Source of the DNA: Candidatus Nomurabacteria bacterium
Lineage (GTDB): Bacteria > Patescibacteriota > Minisyncoccia > Phycocordibacterales > UBA9973
Reading direction: 5' to 3'
Assembly: GCA_943356675.1 (NCBI GenBank)
Contig: CALRFQ010000001.1
Location: 4,147 to 68,146, forward strand
DNA: 64,000 bases
Below the pieces are notes generated by a model that did not search any database, was not told the DNA's origin, and was given only the letters and a program-made list of their open reading frames with translations. The number at the start of each line of letters is the position of its first letter. Position 1 is the first letter of the stretch. The position numbers and the translations under genes are program-made. Positions 20,567 through 29,607 of this stretch are shown in pieces.

Positions 20567-21571
20567 TTATTTTATAATTTCTTCTACTGCTTTTGTAATA
20601 CCCTTTACACCCATACCGTAGTGCTCTATAAGCTCTTCTGGCCTACCAGACTGGCCGAATAGGTCTTGCACTCCGATGAATGCCATCTTTGTAGGGTAAA
20701 CTTTTGCTAAGTATTCAGCAATTGCAGAGCCCATTCCTCCGGCCACTTGGTGCTCTTCTACTGTCACAATTTTATTGGTCTCTTTTGCAAGAGCAAGAAT
20801 CGCTTCTTCGTCGAGTGGTTTGATGGTTGCTAGGTTTAGAACCTTCACCTTAATTCCCTTCTCTTCTAAATCCTTCGCAGTTTTAATAGCATTGTGAAGT
20901 AGCGGCCCGCAAGCTACTATTCCAACGTCTGCATTTCCCTCTGGTGCAAATACTGTTTGCGCCTTTCCAATTTCAAATGGAGTATCTAGAGTAGTCATTA
21001 TAGGAGTCTTCTCACGAGCGAGGCGAAGGTATGTAGGCTCTTTCGTCTTCGCACATGCTATTGTCGCCTTCTTGGCCTCAATAGCATCACAAGGATAAAT
21101 AACAGTCATATTTGGAAGCACACGCGTAATAGCGATGTCTTCAATAGCTTGGTGGGTTCCACCATCAGGTCCTACAGATACACCTGCATGTGAGCCTACG
21201 ATTACTACCTTGCTATTATTGTAACAGCAAGTAGTACGTATCTGCTCCCAGCTACGTCCTGGAGAGAACATTGCATACGAAGATGTAAATGGAACTTTGC
21301 CCATTGCCGCCATTCCAGCTGCAACTGTGACTAGGTTCTGCTCAGAGATTCCCACTTGCACGAAACGCTCTGGGAATTTCTCTGCGAAAATATTCATCAT
21401 TGTAGATCCTGTAAGATCTGCACAAAGTGCAACCACATTCTTATCCGCCTCACCAGCTGCGAGTAGTCCCTCACCGAAACCTTTTCTTGTAGGCACTTGC
21501 TCTACATCCTGATCAAACATTTTGGTATTTAGTTTTAGGTTTGAATTAAGCATATTATTTTCCTTCTTCAA
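20567..21571 (-). CDS. transketolase, C-terminal subunit (pyrimidine-binding + C-terminal domains)
   Basis: 334 aa; split-transketolase arrangement, 17-nt overlap with the N-terminal subunit gene. Confidence 0.85.
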   Translation of the reverse strand: MKKENNMLNSNLKLNTKMFDQDVEQVPTRKGFGEGLLAAGEADKNVVALCADLTGSTMMNIFAEKFPERFVQVGISEQNLVTVAAGMAAMGKVPFTSSYAMFSPGRSWEQIRTTCCYNNSKVVIVGSHAGVSVGPDGGTHQAIEDIAITRVLPNMTVIYPCDAIEAKKATIACAKTKEPTYLRLAREKTPIMTTLDTPFEIGKAQTVFAPEGNADVGIVACGPLLHNAIKTAKDLEEKGIKVKVLNLATIKPLDEEAILALAKETNKIVTVEEHQVAGGMGSAIAEYLAKVYPTKMAFIGVQDLFGQSGRPEELIEHYGMGVKGITKAVEEIIK

Positions 21572-22448
21572 CTAGTTTGTAAAATGTTTTAAGTTCTAGG
21601 AGTGCGACTTCTGTTTGCTTATCTTTAGCGACTTTATCTGTCGGTCCAGATCCTGGAGGATTCCCATGCCAACGATAATCGTATTCAAATGGTGTGACAC
21701 CTTTACTTGCGATTGTGCGTGCAATGATACATGAAGGCTTGTCTGGAATAGCTTTTGCGCGGTTTATTGCATTGTTTATATCTTCTACATTGTGCCCATC
21801 TATTTCTTCTGCATGCCAGCCGAATTCCTCATACTTCTTCGCCATGTCACCAAGGGGGAGTACGTCTTCAGTATTTCCATCAATCTGGATATGGTTGCGG
21901 TCAACTATAGCAATTAAGTTTCCTAATTTTTCTTTACCAGCGAGGAGAACTGCTTCCCATATATTGCCTTCATCATGCTCACCGTCTCCCATCACGCAGT
22001 AGAAGAACTTGCCAGAATTTCTGCCATGATCCATATTCTCAGCGATAGCCATACCGACTGCTTGTGAGAGTCCAGAACCAAGTGGCCCTGAAGAAGTCTC
22101 TACCATTGGTAGGAATTCGCGGTGAGGGTGGCCTTGTAGTCTTGATCCTAATTTTCTGAGAGTTAATAGTTCTTCAACAGGAAAATATCCAGAGTGCGCC
22201 ATTGCAGCATACATAACAGGGCAAATGTGGCCTGCGGAAAGTATAAAGCGATCACGACCCTCCCAGAAAGGCTCCGATGGATTGTGATTTAATTGATGAA
22301 AATAAAGCACAGCAAATACATCTGCCATATCAAGCGGTCCGGCAGTGTGGCCACTCTTCGCCTCTGTAAGCATTTCAATGATACTGATGCGGATTTTTGT
22401 CGCTAGTAATTTGAGTGTTTTGATTTTTTCGTCTGTAAGATTTTCCAT
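21555..22448 (-). CDS. transketolase, N-terminal subunit (TPP-binding)
   Basis: 297 aa; GHxxxxL...GDG(E)xxEG TPP-binding motif (VMGDGEHDEGNIWEA). Confidence 0.85.
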   Translation of the reverse strand: MENLTDEKIKTLKLLATKIRISIIEMLTEAKSGHTAGPLDMADVFAVLYFHQLNHNPSEPFWEGRDRFILSAGHICPVMYAAMAHSGYFPVEELLTLRKLGSRLQGHPHREFLPMVETSSGPLGSGLSQAVGMAIAENMDHGRNSGKFFYCVMGDGEHDEGNIWEAVLLAGKEKLGNLIAIVDRNHIQIDGNTEDVLPLGDMAKKYEEFGWHAEEIDGHNVEDINNAINRAKAIPDKPSCIIARTIASKGVTPFEYDYRWHGNPPGSGPTDKVAKDKQTEVALLELKTFYKLVEEGK

Positions 22449-22557
22449 CCCGTTAGAAGCAGATCGCGATCACTCGCTTCTTACTTGTTAAGTTATTAAT
22501 ATTTATTATATTTGTTTTCATGTTGTTTAATTTCGCGATCGCGGCTTCTAACGGGAT
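22447..22557. repeat. 111-bp intercistronic inverted-repeat element, family A copy 1 (rpe / tkt)
   Basis: Terminal IRs ATCCCGTTAGAAGC (22447..22460) and GCTTCTAACGGGAT (22544..22557), AT-rich centre. One arm contains the rpe stop codon and the other ends in the AT of the tkt start codon. 46 nt are identical to copy 2. Confidence 0.8.
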
Positions 22558-23264
22558 AAATTTTGAAATTCGTGATAAGTTTCGACGATATCCTCACTTT
22601 TTAATAATGCGCTTCCGACTACGAGTTTCGATACTCCACTCTCTACTAATCTCGGGGCGGTCTCGGTGTTTACACTACCATCGACTGCTATAACTAAATC
22701 CGGATAATGTTCTTTAAGGTATGATATGTGCTGGAAAACTCTTTCATCAAATGGCTGACCTTGCACTCCAATCTTTGGTATTCCCATACATTGCACATAG
22801 TCTAAGTAAGGTAAGAGCGGTGCAAGTGTACTTATAGGTGTTGTTGTATTTATTGCTACTCCTATTTGTACTGTGTCGCGAATATATGGGTCAATGGCTT
22901 CTAGAAATTCCTTGAATTCTTCCAAATTATTTTCTTCTTCAATCTGAAATACTACACTTTTAGGTCCGAGTTTCAAGAATGTACTAAAGAATTTACTACC
23001 ATCCTTTACCATGAAGTGGAATTCGTAGTCAATTTCTTCCCAAAAAGGCATTCCCTCTTCTTCATTCAAAATTTTAAGGAAATTGTAGTCAGTTATGTTG
23101 CCTTCAGTATCAACTCCACTTGCGTAGGGCCAAGTTTTAGACGGGACGAATATACCATCACAAAAATCAATTTGTACCATCTTAGCTAATCCGAGAACAC
23201 TCTCCACATGGTCCTTCATTTCACCATAAGTCTTATCTAAGATTGCAGGTATTACATCAGTCAT
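22548..23264 (-). CDS. rpe: ribulose-phosphate 3-epimerase-like protein (with about 35-aa insertion)
   Basis: 238 aa; N-terminal VIPAILDK...QIDFCDGIFVP and C-terminal AVDGSVNTETAPRLVESGVSKLVVGSALLKSED resemble Rpe. Confidence 0.55.
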   Translation of the reverse strand: MTDVIPAILDKTYGEMKDHVESVLGLAKMVQIDFCDGIFVPSKTWPYASGVDTEGNITDYNFLKILNEEEGMPFWEEIDYEFHFMVKDGSKFFSTFLKLGPKSVVFQIEEENNLEEFKEFLEAIDPYIRDTVQIGVAINTTTPISTLAPLLPYLDYVQCMGIPKIGVQGQPFDERVFQHISYLKEHYPDLVIAVDGSVNTETAPRLVESGVSKLVVGSALLKSEDIVETYHEFQNLSR

Positions 23265-23267
23265 ATA

Positions 23268-23762
23268 TTATTTATTATCTATTTTATTAATTCTTCTATC
23301 GTGTCTTTCTATATTTTTCCACTCTATACTTAAAAAAATCTTTATCGCTTCTTTCATTTCTTCTGTTGTTAGAAAGCGTGTACCAAAAGAAATTATATTT
23401 GCATTATTGTGCTCGCGAGCAAGCTTCACTATCTCGTACGGATCAGTCGACATATTGCCTTCAATGTCCACAGCACCTTTCGCGAGTACCCCTCCGTAAA
23501 AGACTGCTGCACGCACACCTGGCACTCTGTTTGCACTCATAGCCTCACCTTGGCCTGAGCCGCCAAATATAACACCGAAGCTACCCTCATCGCTAGCTAC
23601 TGCTTCCGCACAAGGGCGTATAAAGTCTGGATAATCATCTTCTTTATCAAAAAGAAAAGGCCCTCTATCTATTGGCTCGTATCCTAGAGATTTTATATAT
23701 ATCACTATTTCTTTTTTGAGTTCAAAACCTGTGTGGTCAGATGCTATATATACATTTTTCAT
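23268..23762 (-). CDS. rpiB: ribose-5-phosphate isomerase B
   Basis: 164 aa; RpiB/LacAB family (VYIASDHTGFELK, GGSGQGEAM). Confidence 0.85.
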   Translation of the reverse strand: MKNVYIASDHTGFELKKEIVIYIKSLGYEPIDRGPFLFDKEDDYPDFIRPCAEAVASDEGSFGVIFGGSGQGEAMSANRVPGVRAAVFYGGVLAKGAVDIEGNMSTDPYEIVKLAREHNNANIISFGTRFLTTEEMKEAIKIFLSIEWKNIERHDRRINKIDNK

Positions 23763-23824
23763 ATGAGTATTATAACCTGCTCATAATTTTTATACAATGG
23801 GAATATAATGCTTATATTTTATCT

Positions 23825-24517
23825 TTACTTATCCTTCTTGTAGTACCCAGTGGCGAATTCTCCGACAGGCTGAGGCCCATCGATAACATAATTGGCAACC
23901 ATAGTACCTTCTGGGGTGGTAAAATCAATTCGGAATTTTTGCTTACTATTATTATTAATTAAACTAATGTTAGGATATTCGTTATACTCCCATGACCCAG
24001 ATTCAACTATTTTATTTTCGTGTTGCATGGTGTAGGTTTTCTTCCCATCTTTATCCGTAAATTCGATATCTTGTCCGAGAATTTCACCATTAGTATTTTT
24101 GTCTATTGCTACCCATTTACCGAGCAGCCAATTCCCTACTAGTGCATCTGGCCTTTTTGTTGATGTGCTTACTTCACTTTTTGTGATCTGAAAAGTCTTA
24201 GCTTTTCCTCCAGCAACCTCGTATTCACTGTATTGGTACTTTTCACCAGTTTTTTTATCTACAGCATCATAATGCACCTCAGTCCCATCATACGAGTTCT
24301 CTCCATATGAAAAATTTGAAGAAATTTCAGAAGCCTTATCAATTATCAATTTATCTTTAAATTCTATGAAATCCTTTTCTGAAAGTATAAAATCATCAAT
24401 TTTATAAATGTAATTAATCATTTTTGTTATATTTTTTTTAGAATTATTTGAACGCTGAAACATTATTCCAGCAATGATAATTATAATGATAATAGAAAAT
24501 GCCACGATATTGTTCAT
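23825..24517 (-). CDS. hypothetical membrane-anchored protein
   Basis: 230 aa; N-terminal TM IVAFSIIIIIIIAGIMF, rest Lys/Glu-rich. Confidence 0.4.
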   Translation of the reverse strand: MNNIVAFSIIIIIIIAGIMFQRSNNSKKNITKMINYIYKIDDFILSEKDFIEFKDKLIIDKASEISSNFSYGENSYDGTEVHYDAVDKKTGEKYQYSEYEVAGGKAKTFQITKSEVSTSTKRPDALVGNWLLGKWVAIDKNTNGEILGQDIEFTDKDGKKTYTMQHENKIVESGSWEYNEYPNISLINNNSKQKFRIDFTTPEGTMVANYVIDGPQPVGEFATGYYKKDK

Positions 24518-24532
24518 AAAATGATTATATCA

Positions 24533-25846
24533 TTAATCAAGCCCACTACCACTTTTAAACATTTTAGTAGTTGTCTTTGGAAGGTATAGTAATGGATCTA
24601 AGTATGCGTTTACTGGAGCGACTGGCATTATGAAGGTCTTACCAGAGCAACTTAGGCTTGGAAGTGTTTTTACACCAGCCCCTTGGCTTGCGTAAACGGT
24701 AACGTGTAGGTGCGGACCTGTCGAGTGGCCAGTGTTGCCAGAAAGGCCTACCACATCTCCTGTTTTTACTTTGTCCCCAGCTTTAGCTGAAATGGCTGAC
24801 AAATGTCCAAAAGTACTAGACAAACCATTGTTGTAATCAATATATACCCATTTCCCAAAAGATGCGCCCTTACAATATAAATCTGTGTCCCCAACGCCAA
24901 TAACTGTGCCACTCGCCATAGATTTCACTTCTGTACCCACTGGAGCTCTGAAATCCACACCACTATGACTACCTGATACATATAGCCTCTTGGATGCAGA
25001 AGTTTTACCAAATAGCTGAGTAATAAGCACATAATCAAGTGGCCAAGAAAGTACACCGCTCCCTGCAGTTGGAAGAAGCTTAGTATTTAAAATAAATTTT
25101 AATTGCGCCTCGTAATCACTAAGCTCTTTCTCGAAAGCATCTCTCTTCTTCTGCTGTTCAATCAATAATTTTTGATATTCACTTTCCTTGTTTTGTGTAT
25201 CTTTCAGTAATGTATCTTTTTCTTTCTTTACAACTTCCACGCTTTTCTTGTCGAGATCCAATTTATTTTTAAGTTTCGTCAAATTCTCTTTCTCAACTTT
25301 TTTTTGACCTAAGTTCTTCTCTAGATTTGTTTTTACATTACTGAGGTCATCAGACAAGCTTCTTGTGCTTGAGTTTATAGATGCACGAGCAATAATCTCA
25401 TCTGTTAGTGTGAGATTATCATTTGAAATTATGAATTCGGCAAAGGTTTTATCACCAGCCTGGTACATTCGATATATTGAAGATTTTAAAGCCTCCCTAA
25501 GTAGTACTATCTCTTTTTCTTTCTCAGTGATTGTATTGTCCAGAGATTTTATCACAGTGCCAGTGGCTTGAATTTTTTTACTCGTTTGCTCGACTTGTTT
25601 TAATAACTTACTTCTTGTAAGAGTAAGCTCAGCTATAGCGCTCTTCAGCGTTGTGCCAGTTTGATGGGTTTTATCTATCTGATCTTGGTATATCTTTATT
25701 TGAGCATTAATCTTTTCAATTTCTTTGTTTGTGTCCGCAATCTGCTGGCTTACTTCATCGGCACTTGGAAGACCGTATGCCACAGTTGGCATACAAATTG
25801 CAATTAGTATAAAGATTACTATTAAATTTAAGTATTTTTTTTGCAT
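24533..25846 (-). CDS. M23-family peptidoglycan metalloendopeptidase with N-terminal coiled coil (EnvC-like)
   Basis: 437 aa; HSGVDF ... GHLS ... GNTGHSTGPHLH (LytM/M23 zinc ligands). Confidence 0.8.
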   Translation of the reverse strand: MQKKYLNLIVIFILIAICMPTVAYGLPSADEVSQQIADTNKEIEKINAQIKIYQDQIDKTHQTGTTLKSAIAELTLTRSKLLKQVEQTSKKIQATGTVIKSLDNTITEKEKEIVLLREALKSSIYRMYQAGDKTFAEFIISNDNLTLTDEIIARASINSSTRSLSDDLSNVKTNLEKNLGQKKVEKENLTKLKNKLDLDKKSVEVVKKEKDTLLKDTQNKESEYQKLLIEQQKKRDAFEKELSDYEAQLKFILNTKLLPTAGSGVLSWPLDYVLITQLFGKTSASKRLYVSGSHSGVDFRAPVGTEVKSMASGTVIGVGDTDLYCKGASFGKWVYIDYNNGLSSTFGHLSAISAKAGDKVKTGDVVGLSGNTGHSTGPHLHVTVYASQGAGVKTLPSLSCSGKTFIMPVAPVNAYLDPLLYLPKTTTKMFKSGSGLD

Positions 25847-25851
25847 TAATA

Positions 25852-27333
25852 TTAATTTGTAAGTATCTCTATAGCTTTTTGAATACGCTTAATTGTTTCC
25901 TCTTTTCCAAATATCTCTGCGAGTAAGAATGGGTCTGGAGATTTATCTTTACCAGATAGACTATATCTGAGTGGCCAAAATACATCACCACGCCCAACTT
26001 CTTCTGCATAACTAGATAATTTTTCTTTAATATTATCTTTATTAAACTCCTTATTATCTATTTGAGATAAGATTTCAACTACGTGTGTTAAATATTCACT
26101 AAGCTTTTCATACTTACAATCCTCGGCTAATTTAGATGACTTGAAGCAAAGTGCATCCTTTATATATGACGGCTGAGTAAAGAAATATGACAGATTTCCT
26201 TCTTCTTCCATTTTTATAATATCCGCGCCACAAGTTATGTGCTCCATTATTACTGGAGTAATATTGTGAATTATTTCATTTGAGTAAGTTGGAAGTGATT
26301 TAATATTCTCTGATATGAATTTCTCTATATATTCCTCTTGCTGTTCATAAGACAATCTCTTTAAGTGCTCTTTGTTTATCCAGCCGAGCTTTTTCTCATC
26401 GAATCCTGCACCAGAGCGTTGAATACGGTCAATATCGAAGGATTCTATGATCTCTTCTACGCTCATAACTTCCCTTTCGTCACCAGGATTCCAACCAAGT
26501 AGTGCAAGGAAGTTAATCATAGCTTCTGGTAAGTATCCATCCTTTCTGTAGTCTAGTATATCCTTTGCACCGTCACGCTTACCTAGTTTCTTTTTGCCAC
26601 CTTCTGCCATTATGGATGGCAGAGTCACAAATTCGGGTGGTGTGGCACCAAATGCTTCGTAGACTGAGAGAAACTTCGGAGTAGAAGCTATGAATTCTTG
26701 GCCACGCATTATATGAGTGACTCCCATCTCCATGTCGTCTACGATGTGTGCGAAGTTGTATGTAGGATAACCATCACTTTTAATAAGAATGAAGTCATCA
26801 AGTGCTTCTTCACCTGCGGATAGATCGCCGTATACATGGTCAAACCAATCCCATCTTTTAATTGTAGGAACTTTAAAACGAAGTGGCTTTGTGCCATCCC
26901 AAGCCTCAGTTACTTCTGGGCGATGGTTACGATAAAGGAATGCTTCCTTCTTTTCATCAGCAAGCTTTCTGAATTCAGACACTTCCTCTTCTGTGTACGG
27001 ATCAGCATATGCAAAACCTTTGTCGATAAGTACTGCTGCGTACTCGCGATACTTCGCCAAACGCTCTGATTGTAAGTACGGCGCATTAGGACCTTCTTTG
27101 TGTGGACCTTCGTCGTAGTCAGCTCCAATCCATTCTAGTGATTCAATGATATGGTCAATAGAGCCAGATACTTCACGCTCCTTGTCTGTGTCCTCAATAC
27201 GAAGTATAAATGTACCCTTATTCTTTCTTGCCCATAGATATGAGAATAATGCAGTGCGAAGATTACCTACATGGATATATCCAGTAGGACTTGGTGCAAA
27301 TCTTGTTACAACTTTTTTGTCTTGATTATTCAT
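25852..27333 (-). CDS. gltX: glutamyl-tRNA synthetase
   Basis: 493 aa; class I HIGN (PSPTGYIHVGN) and KLGKR (KMSKS-equivalent) motifs. Confidence 0.9.
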   Translation of the reverse strand: MNNQDKKVVTRFAPSPTGYIHVGNLRTALFSYLWARKNKGTFILRIEDTDKEREVSGSIDHIIESLEWIGADYDEGPHKEGPNAPYLQSERLAKYREYAAVLIDKGFAYADPYTEEEVSEFRKLADEKKEAFLYRNHRPEVTEAWDGTKPLRFKVPTIKRWDWFDHVYGDLSAGEEALDDFILIKSDGYPTYNFAHIVDDMEMGVTHIMRGQEFIASTPKFLSVYEAFGATPPEFVTLPSIMAEGGKKKLGKRDGAKDILDYRKDGYLPEAMINFLALLGWNPGDEREVMSVEEIIESFDIDRIQRSGAGFDEKKLGWINKEHLKRLSYEQQEEYIEKFISENIKSLPTYSNEIIHNITPVIMEHITCGADIIKMEEEGNLSYFFTQPSYIKDALCFKSSKLAEDCKYEKLSEYLTHVVEILSQIDNKEFNKDNIKEKLSSYAEEVGRGDVFWPLRYSLSGKDKSPDPFLLAEIFGKEETIKRIQKAIEILTN

Positions 27334-27334
27334 A

Positions 27335-28462
27335 TTATGATTCGTGGTCTAGGATTATATTAATGGCTTCCTGTGCGATTGCGTGTGCTGCGTTTGGAGT
27401 GGCAAACTGTAGAGCTTTCTCGTGCATATTACTCATCTTGTCTTTGTTTTCGAGGATGTTATTTATTTCAGCGAGTAGTAGGTGTGGTGTGAGATTGGAT
27501 TCCTCTATAACTTCACAAGCACCAACGCGAGCGTAGTTGAAAGCGTTCTTTCGCTGGTGATTACCATTAGAATTTGTAATTGGAATAATAATAGATGGTA
27601 TGCCCCATGCTGCAATTTCAAATATTGTAGATCCAGCACGAGAAATTACTAGCTTTGAAATGCCGTAAGCCATTCTAGTCTCTAAGTTATTTAAATATGA
27701 ATAAGGTCTGTATCGGTTTTTATGAGGATGCTTCTCGAGTATTAGATTTGAACGTATCGATACGTCTTCCATAAGTGTCGGACCTATCTGGTGAATTACT
27801 TGATATTTATCAAGTAATTCTGGAAGTATACGAAGTATTGTGTCATTTATCTTCTCAGCACCATGCGATCCACCCACAATGTAAATAATCGGAGTGATCG
27901 GATCAAATTTAAAAACATCATAAGCGCCGTCAGCGCCACCTTCTATAACTTCTCTTCGTACGGGCTGGCCTGTGAGAGCAACTTTATCTTTTGGGAAAAG
28001 TTCACCAGCTTCAGCATAAGATACTGCAATATGGTCTGCAAATTTAGATGCCCATAGATTCACTCTTCCTGGCGCAGAATCTGATTCGTGAATAATGAGT
28101 GGAATGTTTAAAATTCGTGCTGCGAAAACTGCAGGAAATGCAGCATAGCCACCTTTAGAAATAATTACATCTGGATAAATTGTGAAAACTTTAACTAAGC
28201 CTATAATAGCGCCAATACCCGCAGAAAACATATCAAAAAAGTTTTGAATTGAAGAGTAAGTTCGGATTTTTCCAGCTGGGACTCCGACGAATGTAATGCC
28301 ATTGTTAAATAATGCCTGCTTGTCGTACGGAGCGTCTGAAACATAATACATCTTAATGTCTAGTATTTTTTCCTTTGCTGTAATAGCATTTATCTCTTCA
28401 GCTATAGCAATAAGTGGGTAAAAATGCCCACCAGAACCACCCCCTGTAAGTACTATTCTCAT
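27335..28462 (-). CDS. murG: UDP-GlcNAc:undecaprenyl-PP-MurNAc-pentapeptide GlcNAc transferase
   Basis: 375 aa; GGGSGGHFYPLIAIAEE N-terminal glycine loop. Confidence 0.85.
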   Translation of the reverse strand: MRIVLTGGGSGGHFYPLIAIAEEINAITAKEKILDIKMYYVSDAPYDKQALFNNGITFVGVPAGKIRTYSSIQNFFDMFSAGIGAIIGLVKVFTIYPDVIISKGGYAAFPAVFAARILNIPLIIHESDSAPGRVNLWASKFADHIAVSYAEAGELFPKDKVALTGQPVRREVIEGGADGAYDVFKFDPITPIIYIVGGSHGAEKINDTILRILPELLDKYQVIHQIGPTLMEDVSIRSNLILEKHPHKNRYRPYSYLNNLETRMAYGISKLVISRAGSTIFEIAAWGIPSIIIPITNSNGNHQRKNAFNYARVGACEVIEESNLTPHLLLAEINNILENKDKMSNMHEKALQFATPNAAHAIAQEAINIILDHES

Positions 28463-28505
28463 ATAGTGCTTATTTTACACCATTTCAGCTTATTTTTCTA
28501 GTGGA

Positions 28506-29606
28506 TTACACTTTCTTTTGGGATTGGGACACATTTAAGATTATACCCATAGCGCCGAGAGCAATCATCAGCGACGTGCCTCCTTGCGAAATAAAAACTA
28601 GAGGCACTCCCGTCAAAGGAAATACACCGATGATTGATGCAATATTCATAAATGATTGCGTAATAAAAAGAGTTATAAATCCGACAACTAAAAGTTTAGA
28701 AAAAGAATCGGGAGAGTAATATGCAATTTTGTAACCTCTAAATGCATAAGAAATATATAAGAGAATAAGTGCTATGCATCCTACGAGTCCTAGCTCTTCA
28801 CCAATAACTGCGAATATAGAATCACCTTGAGGTTCTGGTAAGTAGTTGAATTTTTGTATGCTTTGCCCGAGGCCTCTACCAAATATTCCACCAGAGCCAA
28901 TCGCAATGAGAGATTGCTGAAGCTGATAAGAAGATCCGCTAGGGTCGTGACTTGGGTGCAGAAATGTATTCACTCGATCTCTTAGGTACGGAGTGACAGA
29001 TACAAGCATAGCAGCACCTACAAGGCAAACAGAAATCATAATAAAGATGTGCTTATAGGAAACTCCCGAGACAAATAGCATGGCAAAAGCAGAAACTGCC
29101 ATAAGGATCACACTTTTTGTGTCTGGTTGTTTAAGAAGTAACCCACCGATAAGTGCGATAAAGATTACAAGTGGTAGTATTCCCCATTTCATATCTCTGA
29201 CTTTAGTCTTGACCCATGATAGCCATGCAGCAAAATAAATTATAAATCCTACTTTAAGAAATTCAACAGGCTGAATCGAAACCCCAAAAATATTTATCCA
29301 TCTCCTAGCACCGCCGTGAGCAAAACCGATATGTGGCACGAACACAAGTGCAGTAAGCAGGAGTGATGCTATGAATATTATGAGTGAGTATTCTCTCCAG
29401 AACTTGTACGGAATGCGTGTGGCTAAATACATTGCTATAAAACCTCCAAGAAGGCCAAAAAGTAGCTGACTCATAAGTACTCCATAGAACTTCGCTTCAT
29501 TCTTTGCAAGTATGCCTAGAGATGCGGATACAAACATTACAATACCACCAAGTGTTAGTGCTAGAACTATACCTAGGAAAATTTTATCAACCTTTGTACT
29601 TTTCAT
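28506..29606 (-). CDS. ftsW: SEDS-family peptidoglycan polymerase FtsW/RodA
   Basis: 366 aa, about 10 TM helices, position between mraY and murG. Confidence 0.8.
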   Translation of the reverse strand: MKSTKVDKIFLGIVLALTLGGIVMFVSASLGILAKNEAKFYGVLMSQLLFGLLGGFIAMYLATRIPYKFWREYSLIIFIASLLLTALVFVPHIGFAHGGARRWINIFGVSIQPVEFLKVGFIIYFAAWLSWVKTKVRDMKWGILPLVIFIALIGGLLLKQPDTKSVILMAVSAFAMLFVSGVSYKHIFIMISVCLVGAAMLVSVTPYLRDRVNTFLHPSHDPSGSSYQLQQSLIAIGSGGIFGRGLGQSIQKFNYLPEPQGDSIFAVIGEELGLVGCIALILLYISYAFRGYKIAYYSPDSFSKLLVVGFITLFITQSFMNIASIIGVFPLTGVPLVFISQGGTSLMIALGAMGIILNVSQSQKKV

Positions 29607-29607
29607 A

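Noticed and set aside
22447-22557. Integron attC site interpretation of the inverted-repeat elements
   Set aside because: The termini (CCCGTTAGA / TCTAACGGG) do not fit the R''/R' cores RYYYAAC / GTTRRRY. There is no intI nearby. The flanking genes are core housekeeping genes in native operon order rather than promoterless cassettes.
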